Source: Trichosphaerium sp. ATCC 40318 (Eukaryota > Protista > Tubulinea). Taken from it: a DNA stretch of 64,000 bases. Numbering within the stretch: position 1 is the first letter of the stretch; each line of letters begins with the position of its first letter. The stretch covers positions 62,001 through 126,000 of the forward strand of contig JALMLS010000596.1 in assembly GCA_038496445.1 (NCBI GenBank), written 5' to 3'. Position numbers and translations under genes: made by a program. Under the pieces are notes generated by a model. That model worked only from the letters and a program-made list of their open reading frames with translations. It had not been told where the DNA came from and made no database searches. Shown here one piece after another: positions 1-14,006 of the stretch.

Positions 1-3000
1 AGCATTATCTAGTGACGGAGATGCTTGATGCTTTAGCAGACTTAACCCAAAAACATATACGCCGAAGAAAGAAAGAGAGAAGGTCTGCTAGAAAATCTGG
101 TGGAAAGAAAACTACGTCTAACGATGCCAATGACGATGGAGGGAAAAATGACACTGCAAAAAGCGCAAGAAAAGAAGCAGCTAAGGTGGATTTAGTTCAA
201 AAATATGCAAGCTTAACTTACTTCTTTATTAGGCTCTTGAATGGGAAACGTTGCTCAATGTTTGGAAGAAGCTATCGAGTATAGGTATGTTGTTTTTTGT
301 TACTAAAAAAGTAATTTATTAATTTTATTTTTTGTTAGAGGATGTTTCGACTAGAACGCATTTTATTCGTATTGGTGCAGCGCCTTTATTCCTCAAGTTT
401 ATTTCAAAACAAGATGCAGAAGTATCTCTACACTTTGTTCTCTGTTTGAAGTTCTTCTTTGTTGTTGGTAAGTTGCTTTTCTTTTTTTGAATTAGTGACA
501 CTTGCTCATTTTGACACATTGTTTTCAGTGAAACATCAGCAAATGTTGATAGATCTTGGTTACATGGATAAACTAATAGAGTTCTTGGGTGCAAAAAAGG
601 ATATAGAACTACAAAAGAAAGCGCTAGAGGTTCTTCTTTACTTTGACGGTAAAAAAAAAGACAGTAACATGACTTTTCATCTGACCTCACTTCGCTAGAG
701 AAGTATCAAGGAGAGATGTTAAAGCGTGGTTTGCTGAAACAAATTTTAAAATTGATAAAAAGGGAGGATGTCACGTTACGAACACAAGCTCTAGAGTTCA
801 TTCAGTATTTTACTTGTACGCACTTTTTGTTTGCACTTTTTTTGGATCAACTAACGTTTATTTTTTGGGTAGGGCAACACAAAGATAAATTCATTTCAGT
901 CAATTTTTTGAAGCAACTTGCTGAGTTTATTTCTTTTGAGACACCAGAAGAGATCGGTCATGAAACACTTGTACATAGTATGATTATAAAGACTTTATCT
1001 GTTATTCAACATCTTGATGGTGCGCACTCTTACATTTATTTTTATTTTGTTTGGCGTTTTTCTGTTATTCTGTTAACGTTGGTGTAGTTCATCACCAAGA
1101 AGATGCCATAGACAATGGACTACTACCACCTATAATTGAACTTGCTAAAGTTCATAATATGCCAATACAACAAAAAACAATTGATGTATTGTTGAGTTTT
1201 GATGGTATACTACTTTGTTGACCAGTAATTTTTTGAGTCTAATTAAAAACTAGCTATGTTTGATCAAGATATCATTGATGCTGGGTTATTCCACGCAACG
1301 TCGCATGTTCTAAGCTGTGAGCAAGCTTCTGTAATAGAAAAAGGGTTCGAGGTAGTAGAACAGTACAAACGTACGTGCGAATGTGAAATATCATTAAATT
1401 AGTCGTTGTTGTCACTTGGTCATAACTCTGGTAGTATATACGGATTACATGAAGAAGTCAACGCTCTTGAAAGCCTTGGTATCACTTCTCAGCTTCCCTG
1501 ATATAACTATTCAGCTCAAAACATTCGATTTTCTTGGAACCTTGAAATGTACCAGCTCTATGCTACTATTCACACTAACCGCGTTTATTAGTCAGCATGG
1601 AAGATTTAATTGGAGCAGGATTTGTAACCAGTGTTAAAACCATGTTGCAGCCAGAAGTAGTAGCAAAAGGGATGGAAGTACCTCTTAAAGCAATGGAGAC
1701 ATTGCTTACTTTTGATGGTACAAGTGCAAAAAGTACTGTATTTTGCTCATTGTTGTTTTTCTAGCAAAGTACCAACCGTGGATGCTTGATGCAGGGTTAG
1801 TATCCCAGGCATTGGATATAGTAACTTGGATTGATACACCAACAGCAACAATGCAGCCTAAATTTCGTGATCTATGCCTTGATTTTATCAGGCATTTTGA
1901 CAGTGCGCTTTTGTTTGTGAACTTGTATAATTTGTAACTTACATCATTTAGATATTCATGACCCCAAGATTGTCGACCAACAGATTTGTGAGAAGATTTG
2001 CAAATACTTTAGCAGCCAATCTAGTTCCAGTTCACCAATTATAGTACATGATGCTATTGGTTGTCTATCTCTTGCTTGTAATTATAAAGGTATGTATTTC
2101 AAAAATACTTCAAGTTGAGCTGGAATATTATGAAGGTCACTAACTTTGTACTCTAGATAGTTTTACAGAAACGCAATGGCAAGTATTTAAGGACCATAGT
2201 GTTGTAATGAAGTTGCTCGGTCATGCTTCTAGATTTTGTGACAAGACCATTTCTACCAGTGCGCTTAAGCTGATGCAAAGCATTCTTCGATGTACGTCTG
2301 TTAAACAACCATGAACGCATCTCTTTTTGGTGGGTAACATGCTAACCTTATTCGCTATTTAGCATCAAAAAGCGTCCAGCACGATTTTATAGTAACACCT
2401 AAAGAGGTTATTTGTGGCACATTTCGTAAGATGTTTTATATTTTTCTTTCTTTTTTCTGATTTCCTTCTTTTAGGTCTTGCTTTTACATCAACCTTGGAT
2501 GGCCTAGCTACTATAACAATGAATGGTTCTCGTGCTCAACTTACGACGAGTAAGTATATTTTACTAAAGTACGTAGTGGGAACTCAGTTACTTCAATGTA
2601 TATCTAACAATTGAAACTAGAACAGCAGAACCCCTTCCAAGCAGCGGTGTATGGAAATGGGATGTAAAAGTAACAGGTAGTGTAAATAATGTATATTTTG
2701 GTGTTTGCGAAGAAGGACATCGTAAGTACACGTGGTACGTACAATGGCAGTATCTGGACTAGTTTGTGTGTTAATTTTGTTTTTTTTTCAAATAGCCTTG
2801 GAAATAATAAACAAAACAAAGGATGGGCTTACTGCACGTCTAACAATAATTTTATCTTTCATGATGGGTTCAGTGACTTTACCTATGGTGGTAATATAGT
2901 CGCTGGTATGAGTCTTGGTGACGAGATGCGTGTTATTCTTGACGCAAACGAAGGCATTCTGAGTTATAAGAATAAGAGTACGCTTAATCTGAGGTCATAG

Positions 3001-6000
3001 AAGACATCTTTTTAACTCCACTCTTAGCTACTGGTGTTGATTTTGGCCCTGCGTTTACAGCGGATCTTCTTGGTAAAGAGTTGTATCCAGCAGTTAGTTT
3101 ATGGGATTCACAATCAATCGTCACTTGGACTATGGGTATGATGTCTTCTTTTGCTCTAAAGTAATCTAATTTTTTTGTAGTCGAGGATGACACTTCAGAT
3201 GATGAGTCTATTGGGTTTATGCCTGTACCTAAACGCACAAAGACACCTTCAACGAAAGTTCTAGATACTATTGTTTTAGCGAAAAAGCGAAGTTTGGAGC
3301 ATCTTGAGACACTGTCTGCTAGTAGTGCACCATCATCTTCGTCTTCTGATGATGAAGAAAGTGAAAAGTCAGAAGAAGTAATCAAAGAAAATATCTTTGG
3401 TCCTCCGAAAGATACTGAAACTGCCAATACCCACAGTGATCAACTTGATGATGGAGAAAGTTTGGAGCCTGTGGTTGACGATGAGGACAGCCAAGAAAGC
3501 GAAAAAGAAGAAGATCCAATGGACGCCAAAGAACGTATTCAAGCTTATTTGGAGCACAAACATATTGAGTTCTTAGCTACTCAATACGCTAATACTTTTG
3601 TTAATTGGTTTCAAGAGTCCTCAGAGGACAAAGTTAAAAAGCTCTCAGAGAAGTTGTGGATACTCATTTACAGAGTACGATAATGAAGTTTTTTGTAGTT
3701 TGTTTCTAATTCTTTTCAATCTTTAGGGTTCCCAAGATGGATTTCAACCTGAAGATTGGCTTCGTAGGGTAGTTAATACAGGACCTACGATAACAATCGC
3801 GACATATGGTAATTCACGTGTTGGAGGTTTCACATCAGAGAACTGGGTATGTCCTTTAGAAATTTTATTGAAAAAAAACAAACTGGGAAGCTGAAGTGCT
3901 TATTTTTGGTTGTAGGGTCGTCACTCAAATAGTGCTCATTACGTTCCTGATAGTTCTGCTTTCTTATTTCATCTTGACGGCGCTTTGGCTATTAATGGTG
4001 GTATTCATAATGTAACAAGTGGTTCGAATCAATACAGGTTTGAGGTTATGCCAGGAAAGGCACAGAATGCTATTTGTTGGACTGTACGTTTGGTTATACC
4101 AACAGTTCTCCTAATATAATTAAAAAGGGAAATGGCCCTTGTTTTGGTACTAACCCTGATTGGTGTGTTAATCTTCTCAACCCAGGCAGTAATTACAGCT
4201 GGCTAGGTACGTTTATTATTTAGTTTGTTTGGTTTTTTTTCTCAAGCTAACACGAAGTCTGTTTTTAGGTGGTCAATATGCAAGTCGTATTAAAGTGGTA
4301 GATTCGACTTCTTACCAAGTTGTTTCATATCTAGCACCTTCTGTAATTCCGAGTGATTTAGAGGTGTATTGTACATTGGATAAGTTTATAGAACGTGGTG
4401 AGTGAAAAACAAGTTTTTTCTTTGGGTCTTGCCTTTGATCTAACGCACATTGTGTTTTTAGGCATGTCGAGGAGAAACTTGACAATAGATAAAGATCAAA
4501 CGCTTGTAGTTCAACTTATTAACTTTACAAAAACCGTTTATGCAGAGCCTGAAATTATGGCAAGTATAAAGGATATACTATACAGTCTACCAGGTAAGTT
4601 TTTTTTCTTTTTGACATTACTTAAGTCTAACTGTCGTGTTTTTTACCAGATGATTCTTGGCTTCCTATAGCTAATACGTTATACCATTCAAAGTCATCAA
4701 AGGCTAAACTAAGAAGATCTATTCTGCCTTGGCTTATGGAAAAGAGTACCTCTTTCTTTTTCTTTTTTTAATTATTCCTGCTTAACTCTTTGTTTTGGCT
4801 TAGATGCTCTGCATGTCAGTTCCCTTCAAATAGAACCGTTTTCTATTGTTAGTGTCAATGGTAATCCACATACAGCACCTCGTTCAAAGGTTATTGTAGA
4901 AGAAACTAAGAAGAAAAAGAAAGAAAAGAAAACAACCAAAAAAAGCGAAACACCAGACACAAAATTACAAAAGATTATAGTAACACCAACAAGTACAAGT
5001 ACTAGATCTCGTTCTACAGAATCTATAGAAACAGAACCAAGCTCAGACGAGCAAATCAAGGATAAGGACCCATCATCAGGTGATAAAATGAAAGTAAGTT
5101 ATCTCATCATTAACGTTCTTTCTTATTTTTTTCCAACTTCGTTTTTAGGATGCTGTCCGTTCTGTCTTTGATGAAATGATCTTAACAACTGAAGATATGA
5201 TTATCGGTGTACCTGATAATAAGCTTACGTTTAAGAACTTTCCTCAATATACAACAGTTCCTGATGCTTTAGTATGGAACAATAATGTTGTCTCTTGTGT
5301 TAAAGCAGGAACAGAAATAATCCTAAAACAATCCACTGGCGAAGAAGGTAAAGCAGCACAGTCTCTTACTTTGTTTGACTCATATAATAGATTCTCCGTA
5401 TATTACACATGTGATATTGAAACTTACGCCTTATGCTATGCTTTATAAACCTCCAGAAGGAGAAACTGATTTTGCATTGTCTCTGTGAGTACCTCTTTTT
5501 TATGTTTTTGAATAATTTTTTTTGTATTCTTTTGACCTTTATCCAAGGTGTATAAACGCACAACCAGCAAGCTCAGCTATAATTACTTTTTCGAATACTG
5601 AGGATATAGAAATGCCTAGTGCAGATGATATACCTGAAGATGCCTTCAAAGATTATGATACAACGTGCGAAATTAAATTCTCACTTTAGTGATGTTGGCT
5701 CCAACTTATACTCATGTCCTAGCTATGTTGGCCAAGAAATCAATGTCGAATCCAATATATCTTATACTATGAGTGAATTATTGGCTGCTACTGAATCGCA
5801 TAATCTAAAACAAGGCATAGCTCCAGTACGTAATAAAAACTCTAATTGATGTTAAATTTATACTTACTGTTTTTGGCTAAGAGCAAGAAACCTACTGTTC
5901 CAGAACCAAAAATACAAAGCCTTATTGCAATGGGATTTGATAGAAAGATTGCACGTCATGCTTTAAGAGAAAATAAAGGAGATGTGGTTGCTGCTGTTAA

Positions 6001-8084
6001 TGCTGTGATGGTACGAAGAGAAAATGTCTAATGAGTTCTAAAAGAAAACTTAGGATGATGCTGCAGTTTTCAATTTTACAGACTCCGAAGCTAGTGTTAG
6101 TACTGCCCCTGTATGTTAAATATGTCTTACGTTAACAATATCTTTAATATTCTGTTTAGTCTCTCGAAGATATGAGTGGCGGTGCATTTGATGGAGAAAA
6201 AAAAGAGCAAGCACATTTTCTTTCATTCTGTTCAAAAACAGCAACCTAATTATCTTATTATAGAAAGCAATCAAATGGTGACACTTCATCTCAAAGTATA
6301 AGACGTAAGAAAGCTAAAGGTAAAGAGGAGATGAGCGAAGAAGAAGATACCATAGAGATAATTAAAAAAAAAAGAAACGGAAAAGAAGAAGAGAGTGATA
6401 CTTCTTTGAATCCTGTTGGCTCTAATACAAGCACAAAACAAAAAGGACCATCCATTGTTGATATTATACATCAAATTATTACAGTCAAAGACGCGAAAAG
6501 AAAAATACATTCAAAGGGTGTTAACAGTGGGGATGTATGGCCTAAAGAAAGCTTGGAAACCTTTGAAGGTAATTACAAAAAAAAAGGTGGAACTTAATGT
6601 GTACCTTTCGCTAATTCTTGGTCTTGTAGATACAGAACTAAGCCCTCTATTTGTAAAAATCAAACCATTCCAAGGTGTTAAGTATATTCCTCTACCACAG
6701 GCAGTCAGAGCGAAATACGTTGGTATAAGTACGACAAAGCATCTTAAACCTTAAAAAAAAAACTAATGTAATTGATTAGAGCTGCTGGAGCCTCATTATA
6801 ACGGAGCGAGAATAATGCTAAGTTATATTGGTGTTGTAAAATATGATCCAGGGAGAAGAAATAACCTTAGACCACCTGTTCCTAAAAACGTCATGAGGGT
6901 AAACATCAACATTCTTTCTTTTTTTTCTCTTTGCTTTTTTTAAGGTTTTGTTGTTTTAGGCCGTCCAGTCTTTGGAACCACATGTGAGCTTGCATGCTTA
7001 TAGAGGAAATAACAAAGGTGGTATTATTAACTCTTGGCGTGATATGTCCAATAGTGAAGACGCTGAAGCGAATCTAAAGCAGAGAATAAAAGTACAACAG
7101 AAATTGTTTGGAAATGACTCTTTTTTTTCACTTTACATTTTAGGCTTCGTTCTCAACTGAGATATCGCAGCTTCAATACTCTCCATCAACTGTACGTTAT
7201 ATATCTTCTTTCATTCATAATTTGCAATTGAGCTCCTGGCAGGGTAAATCCTCTGAGCAAGGAGTACAGTTTGGTTTTACTTTATTTTTATAGATAAAGA
7301 ATCTCTTCTTTGACCTTTTTTGGTAGGGTAAATCACCTGGCGTTTTTATTGGTCAAGGGTTAACAAGTTTCACATGTCCTTATTGGGGTGGTAACTTTCC
7401 ACAATGGATTATATTCGACTTCATAGATGCTCAAGCTCTAGTTACTCATATAACATTTTCATCAGGGAATAAAGTACAATCTCTTACGTTTTCAGGTACG
7501 CCAATTATTAGACATTTCTCGAAAACCTACAATAAGCGCCTTATGGACTTGCTGTTTTTCTAAAGCAGTTCTTTCTACCACGTTTTCTTCTTTTTTTCTT
7601 GTTGAAAAAACATCATCGATGACGTGTGTTCTTACTCTTGGAAGGCTCGAATGATTCAACGAAATGGCATATAATTACTTGCTTTCCTACGTATACATTA
7701 GCTAATAGTGGACCAAAACATATACTTAAACTACCTGTGAACGACTTTTACAGGTAAAAGGAGCTCACTCAAGAGTTTTTGTTTAGTTTTTTATTTATTT
7801 TTTGGTTTTTAAGTACTTTTTGAGATAACAACTAACCAATCTATAGGTACTATAAGATTGTACAAACAGGATCAAATTGTCCTTATCATTTCATACCTAA
7901 TTCTAAATGTGCTTATATGTCAATTTATGGTACGTTAAATAAGACGTTAAGCCTGATCTAATTCTTTCAAAAAAAAAAAACCCCAACAACAAAAAGACTT
8001 AAACTGATATGTTTCATTGAATTAGATGTGGAGTTTTATGGTGCTTTGCGCGCTTTTCCAGAACCAACAAACCTTGGAGAGTAA
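1..8084 (+). CDS. 5'-partial, multi-exon large protein: ~12 ARM/HEAT-like repeats, SPRY, acidic linker, TLDc, UBA, C-terminal galactose-binding/F5-8-like domain
   Basis: Manual splicing of GT-AG introns. ARM-like repeats (e.g. MLIDLGYMDKLIEFL, MLKRGLLKQILKLI). SPRY (SGVWKWDVKV..VYFGV; GDEMRVILDANEGILSY; LYPAVSL). TLDc (LIYRGSQDGF..GGFTSENW..SAFLFHL..GPCFG). UBA (IQSLIAMGFDRKIARHALRENKGDVVAAV). C-terminal PQWIIFDF..GSNDSTKW..YRYYKIVQTG..DVEFYG. Stop TAA at 8082-8084. Some internal junctions are unresolved, so this could be more than one gene. Confidence 0.7.
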
Positions 8085-8170
8085 TTACTCTAACAATAAA
8101 AACAAGGATAATAATAAATAATTGTGACACATAGAACAAGTTTTGACAATAATTCCAAGTTTGTAATTTA

Positions 8171-10821
8171 TTAGGTCTCCATACTACTAAGTCTCCTTTC
8201 GCATCTAGCTCTTCCAGTCAAGTACACAGGAGCCATTTCCATAATCACTTCTTGTGGATCTACAGTAGTTGGTTCTACCTATGACATACCGTTAGTGGAA
8301 GAGATAATGTAGCCTAGTGCTGTTAATCGACTTGAAGTCATTTAGCTTGAAACCGAACTCCAAACCTTCTATTTGTTCAGGGCAAGTCAAGCATCAGCAT
8401 TATTGTCTCACAAACGGAGTTTTTTTTTATGGTGGAATTTTTTGCCTCTTTTTCTTTACGTACTGTTACAACTATGTTCTCAACAGCAAGCATATCAACT
8501 ACTTCTGTTACTGCCATATCATCACCCACGAACGCTCCTACGATTTCAGGGACAGTCATATCGCCTCCTAACATGTGATTGAGTCTCATTTTTGTGCACA
8601 TCTGATGGTTAATCAAATTGGTATTATACCTCCGTTTGAGTTTACTGTAACAACTACTCTAGTTCCTGCTGTTTGACGTTTTGCAACCACGTTGTCAGGT
8701 TCTTGGGTGATAACTCCATCATTGGGTCCGAGATTCATTGCAGCTAACATAGCTTCTCCAACAGATTGTACAACTTGTTGCTCTGCTGGGAACGGATTGG
8801 AAATAGACACTGATACACTACCTACAGTCCACAAATGTCAACTTTGCAAAAGTCTTTGCTGATAAAAAGTTATTTGTGGTTCTTACTTGTATCTGGACAT
8901 AAGAAAGGAACAGTAGCATCAAAAGAAACACTACCATTCTAAAAAAAAAACGCGATTAACATAAACTGAAAGAAATACAATTCTTGAGGCCTACCCCTAG
9001 TCGCCATGTCGTAGGCAGACCCACAAAAATAAAGTCGAATCCTCCTACAGCAGGATAAAAAGGAGGTGTATTTCCAAACATTTCTGGAACTGCTGTAAGG
9101 CCTACAGGAGTCATTAAATTTTCAGGTCCTTGATTCAATGTTACAGGCATCTGTTTAAGTAAATTAGCACTATGCATACAATAATCGGTTTAGAATTATG
9201 AGTACATTTGTTGTCCATCCCATATGAGCAGTGAAAGTACCATCAAGGTTGTCAGTAACGCAATCCATACGTGGTGTTATTTGTAGTGGTGCTAAAGTTG
9301 GCGGAAATGTTGTAGGAGGTAGTGTAGTTGGCGATAGCGTTGTTGGTGGTAGCGTTGATGGTGGATTTGTAGTTGGTGATTGTGTTGTTGGTGGTAGCGT
9401 TGTTGGTGGCACTGTTGTAGGAGGTAGTGTAGTTGGTGATAGCGTTGGTGGTGGTATCGTTGTAGGTGGTGCTGTTGTAGGAGGGCTTGTAGTTGGTGAT
9501 TGTGTTGTTGGTGGTATCGTTGTTGGTGGATCTGTTGTTGGAGGGCTTGTAGTTGGTGATTGTGTTGTTGGCGATACCGTTGTTGGTGGCTCTGTTGTAG
9601 GAGGGCTTGTAGTTGGTGATCGTGTTGGTTGTGCTGTTGGCGGTGGCAATGTTGTTGGTGGATCTGATGGTGGAGGTGCTTGTGTTGTTGGCGGATCTGA
9701 TGGTGGAGGCGCTTGTGTCGTTGGAGGATCTGATGGCGGTATTTGACGTTTTATGTTTATTATGTCCACGCTTTCAGGACAGAAGTGTATGCTTCCAAAC
9801 TTGGTTTCTCTAAACAACTGTACATTACCTTGGTGTTAGAGTTAGCTAACTATCTAGCACAAGTACTGAACGTAGTTTAATATATATAGAACGTACCTGA
9901 TGCTTTGTTTAGTAAATAAACAGAGCGCGAAGACATGTTCTTTATCAATAGGCTTGAATCATTATTCTTAGTTAGTATGTCCATGTGTCCTTTTACTGAA
10001 GTGATTGTTTTGATCGTGGTACTGTTAATGTAGCATTCATTAGAGGATGGAACCAAGTCTGACAGAAAATGGAATATTGTACTCTCTTCGCCGTTGTAGG
10101 TTGATAAAAAAGTTGAATCTCCATCGACGGTAACTACACAAAACGATTAATGAGACAATTTCTACTTAGAGAAATCGCTAGAACAAAAGCATGTGCTTTT
10201 TTTCTATAGTTTAGGTTATTTTTACTTACTGGCTATTACTTCTGTTTCAATATTGGCTTTACACGTGTGTTCTTGTTTTGAAGCGCACATGCTGTTGGTT
10301 TTAATTGAGTATTGATCAAATTGTTTCTTTTCATTGGAATAAAGAACTAAGGTGTCTTCGGTTGAAAATGAACCAGCAGAGTACTCGTAAGGTAGCCCAG
10401 TATCACAAAGAAGAGTTCCATCAATATCGTAAATAAATAGCGACAAGCCATCAACGACAATGAAGTAAGAGCAGTCTTCAGACGGAACTAGAATAAAGGA
10501 GGGTCAAAAGGAGGCAAAAGGGAGAAAAATATTAGATCTCTTCGTTAGTATCGTACATGAAAATGACCCAGGAACCAAGGTGTGACTGTATTCCGTACGA
10601 TAATCTAGAAGAAATTATCGTTACAGATGAGAACTTAGTGGAAATGAATACATACTATTTTTGAGATTGTTATCAGCTATCCACATTGTTTGTTTATGGT
10701 TGTTTTGATAATCTTCTTTTGCTGTTGAAACAAATCCAATAAAGTTAGATTTTGTAGAAGCCTGAGCTTTGGTATACGCTATGAGACATAGAAATAATAT
10801 AATTGAAATAGGTAATCTCAT
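8171..10821 (-). CDS. Secreted Pro/Thr-rich (mucin-like) multi-exon protein
   Basis: Signal peptide MRLPISIILFLCLIAYTKA from ATG at 10821. PPTT repeat stalk followed by a TPRMDCVTDNLDGTFTAHMGW module. The 3' end is approximate. Confidence 0.7.
9290..9742 (-). repeat. Coding tandem repeat: ~15-nt (P/S)PTTx units plus three PPSDPPTT units
   Basis: Visible imperfect repeats (gttgttggtgg/gtagttggtgat) translating to PPTT-rich sequence. Confidence 0.9.
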
Positions 10822-11628
10822 TGCGGAGTTGTCGTTTTGAAAAGTAATGATGAGTTTCAACTTGGTTGAGTGTGCTTTGTTAAAGCGGAGCTGATGTTTA
10901 GTATCGCAGCCAATGTAAGTAATGGTAATAGTTAAGGAAGTACTGAGGCTGACACGATAATGGCGAACCTCAATCCTTTTAAAGTAATCGTTGTTACGCA
11001 ATGTCAATGGGATTGGATGGAGAGAGGACGTGATTTAAAACAATTCAATTTATGTGCTTGGGAGGGTGACGGAGGGTGATGGAATGTGTAGGAGGTTGTA
11101 GTTTCCATTTGTCAGTAAACTACCGGGTATTGGACGAGTTTGTAGTTTTGTGTGATTTTATGCTTAGCTTGTGGACTTGTAGTCTCCGTGGCGTTCGTGT
11201 TACTCTCAGTAGTATGACTATATCTTCAAACAGTACAAACGATCGCTTGGTAGTTCTTAAATCGCTTTGGTTCGTTCAATGAATAATTAGAGAAATCACG
11301 TGACCGAGTAATTTCGTGTTAATCAATCTTGTTGCAATGCAGTATTAAGCCATCATTATAGCAAAGTATTACTCAAATGGTAGAACAGTTACTTTGCAGG
11401 TCTAGGTTACAGTTTAAAACTAAAAAACAAGAAGCGACCTTGCTCATTTACATCAGTTATTGTTAGCTTACACAAGGTGAGCTAAGGTTGTTTGTTAAAA
11501 TAGTTAAAATGACCGTGACATAAAGAACTAATTGCTTGGGTACTATAAGTATCTTTGTTCAGAGTGGGTAGGTTTATTTATATGAGTTGTGTGTTTGAAG
11601 TGGTTCAGGAGTGCTCTTACCACGTTTT

Positions 11629-14006
11629 CTACGCTTCATTGTCAAGTCTTTCGACCCTACAATCAAGCTATGTGTTGTATTCTTTAATTTCTTTCGTAGG
11701 GATACTACTCCATGTTCAAGTACAGTTAAAAACATATTACAAGCATCATCCTCGCTCCTAATTGCGAATGATGAGTTGAGGTTTTTGAAAAAAAAATGGT
11801 AAAAAGCGACTTACTTGTCAAGAAAAAAGGCAGCGTGTAGGGTAGTATCTATCAGTTCTTGGCTAAATAATCCTCTGAATATTGTATTGCATAAATAAGT
11901 AATCCATCCATTATTTCTTCGTAGTGTCAAGTACCCTTGAGCACAACTAAACAGTATGTAAGTATTTTTTTTAGTTTAATGATTTTTTCTTATAAACAAA
12001 ATGCCTATTGTAGGCTTGTTCTGGTTTGAAATAAAGCTAAAACATAAACAAATGAAGACATAGTAACACCAGCGGCTTGAAAAAACACAAGTGGGTACAC
12101 CTCTAAATACAAAAACCCCAATTCATCTTAAGTTTTGTTTATGAAAAGGACCAACTTACCGACGCTTAAACTCTTTCCATTTTCCTTTGACTATCAAGTT
12201 AGCTTTCATTTTCTTTGGTATCGCTAACGAAGGAGCATCAACTATTGTAAATAGAATAAGTACAACTAAACCAATATAGTTAACGTACTTGGAAATGTTG
12301 TTAAGTTAAATACATGTTCAAAATCAATATGGAAAAAAGTATGATTATCTTTAATCATCAAATTATCCTTATGCCTATCACGTAACCCTAAAACATATCC
12401 ACTAACATACCCACCTATAATTTTATGAGTTAATAGATAAATCACATGCTTATCAAGTATGGTGTCTCAGTACAAAAGAAGCACCCACAAAAAAACTCGT
12501 TATTCCTGCTGCCAAGCAAGAAAAGTGTGTTTGTGGGTGTAGCAACAAGATAATTCATTTTTTATATTTTTACCTGCTGCAGAAGCCATAAATGCTTCCA
12601 TATGGGCATCAGTAAACCAATCAAAAGCATTCCAATTGTATTCTCTAACAGAAACAGAATTCTCAATATATTCCATAAATCCAAACTTTGGACCACATGG
12701 TACCACTCTAAACAAGAGATACGTAAGTATTTACTACTTATAAGTATAGTATAAATAGAGTACTTTGCTGTGTATACTTTTAGAACATCACCCAATGATG
12801 CACTTTGCCATAAAGTGTTAAAAATTGAAAAAACGAGTTCAACGCTGACATCACTTCTCATATCGTCCCTCTTGAACATCATCTTCTTTGGTAGTAACTT
12901 TTTCTTTTTATAATGAACCATCTATTCTTAATTTTAGCAAATCAATTAATATTATAACAGACTAATACTTTAAACTGAGAAGAGAGAGTCTCTCTGTTTT
13001 GAAAAAAAAAAGAAGAAGTTAAGTTCAAATTTGTATCGCTTAACAAGCCGTACAAGCAATACTGGAGCAGATCTTGATACGAATACTTTTTTGACATATA
13101 CATCTGTTACAATCGCGCATTTGTTAAACACAGGATCCAGTATACGTAAATCTGTGTATCTATCTCCCTCCTTAAAAAAAAACATTTTAGGCTTTGAAAG
13201 ATAGCTTTTGTGAAACGCAGTGTAGGGTATACATTTGTAACAACGTACGTTTTTTCTATTTATAATAAGGTCATTGTAAAACTTTGCTGTACGTTTAACA
13301 CGTGAAGTTTGTGGTATCCTACTCTGAAAATCAATCTTTTTCTCAAAAAATTCGTAAATAATAATTTTAGTAACTCACGTTTTGTATTCTTCACACATAT
13401 GACATCCAGCACGTGCCAACCAAAGCATGTGAGTCCTATCACAAAATTAGTACAACCTAAAGGAATACGAGACAAGAAGCGACGAGCTAGAAGGGTGCTC
13501 TTTTTGTAGTTTTAAACAACAACGTACTTTAGCCGTGGACTCCTATTTAATCGCTCTATCACTGCACTTCTAACAGACGCAATTTGTAGTAGAAGAGGTA
13601 AATAATTTCTAAACTCCTTCATCTTAAGAGAAGCATTAGCTACGGCGACCAAATATTGTGAATGTATACATTCACTACTCTTTCTCATACCTCTAGTTGG
13701 CGTATATCTCCGTTATTAAGAATACCATTTACGACTTTAAATAAGAAAAGAACACTACTATGAGATAAACGTGGGCTTGTTTCTTCTGAATTTGAATCGC
13801 CTGAATCATCCGACATAATCTATTGGAAATCCTTTTAATTGAAATAAATAAAAAACTATTTGTCGGTCAATGACGTACTTCTGCACGACCCATATCACTC
13901 TTAGATGTTGATATAACATCAGGAAGGTCTTCTCCAATAGACTCAAGAAGAGAACATATGAGTTTATTATCCATAATGGCACTTGTTTCAATGCCACCTT
14001 TACCAT
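11629..14006 (-). CDS. Phosphatidylinositol 3-/4-kinase catalytic-domain protein (minimal)
   Basis: SRSAPVLL (P-loop-like), FKRDDMRSD, GFMEYIENS, SAAGGYVSGYVLGLRDRHKDNLMI, HIDFEH, then C-terminal helices. Stop TAG at 11629-11631. Start uncertain. Confidence 0.8.

Noticed and set aside
9231-9746. 171-aa Val/Gly-rich ORF on the + strand
   Set aside because: Antisense shadow of the Pro/Thr repeat in the minus-strand gene.
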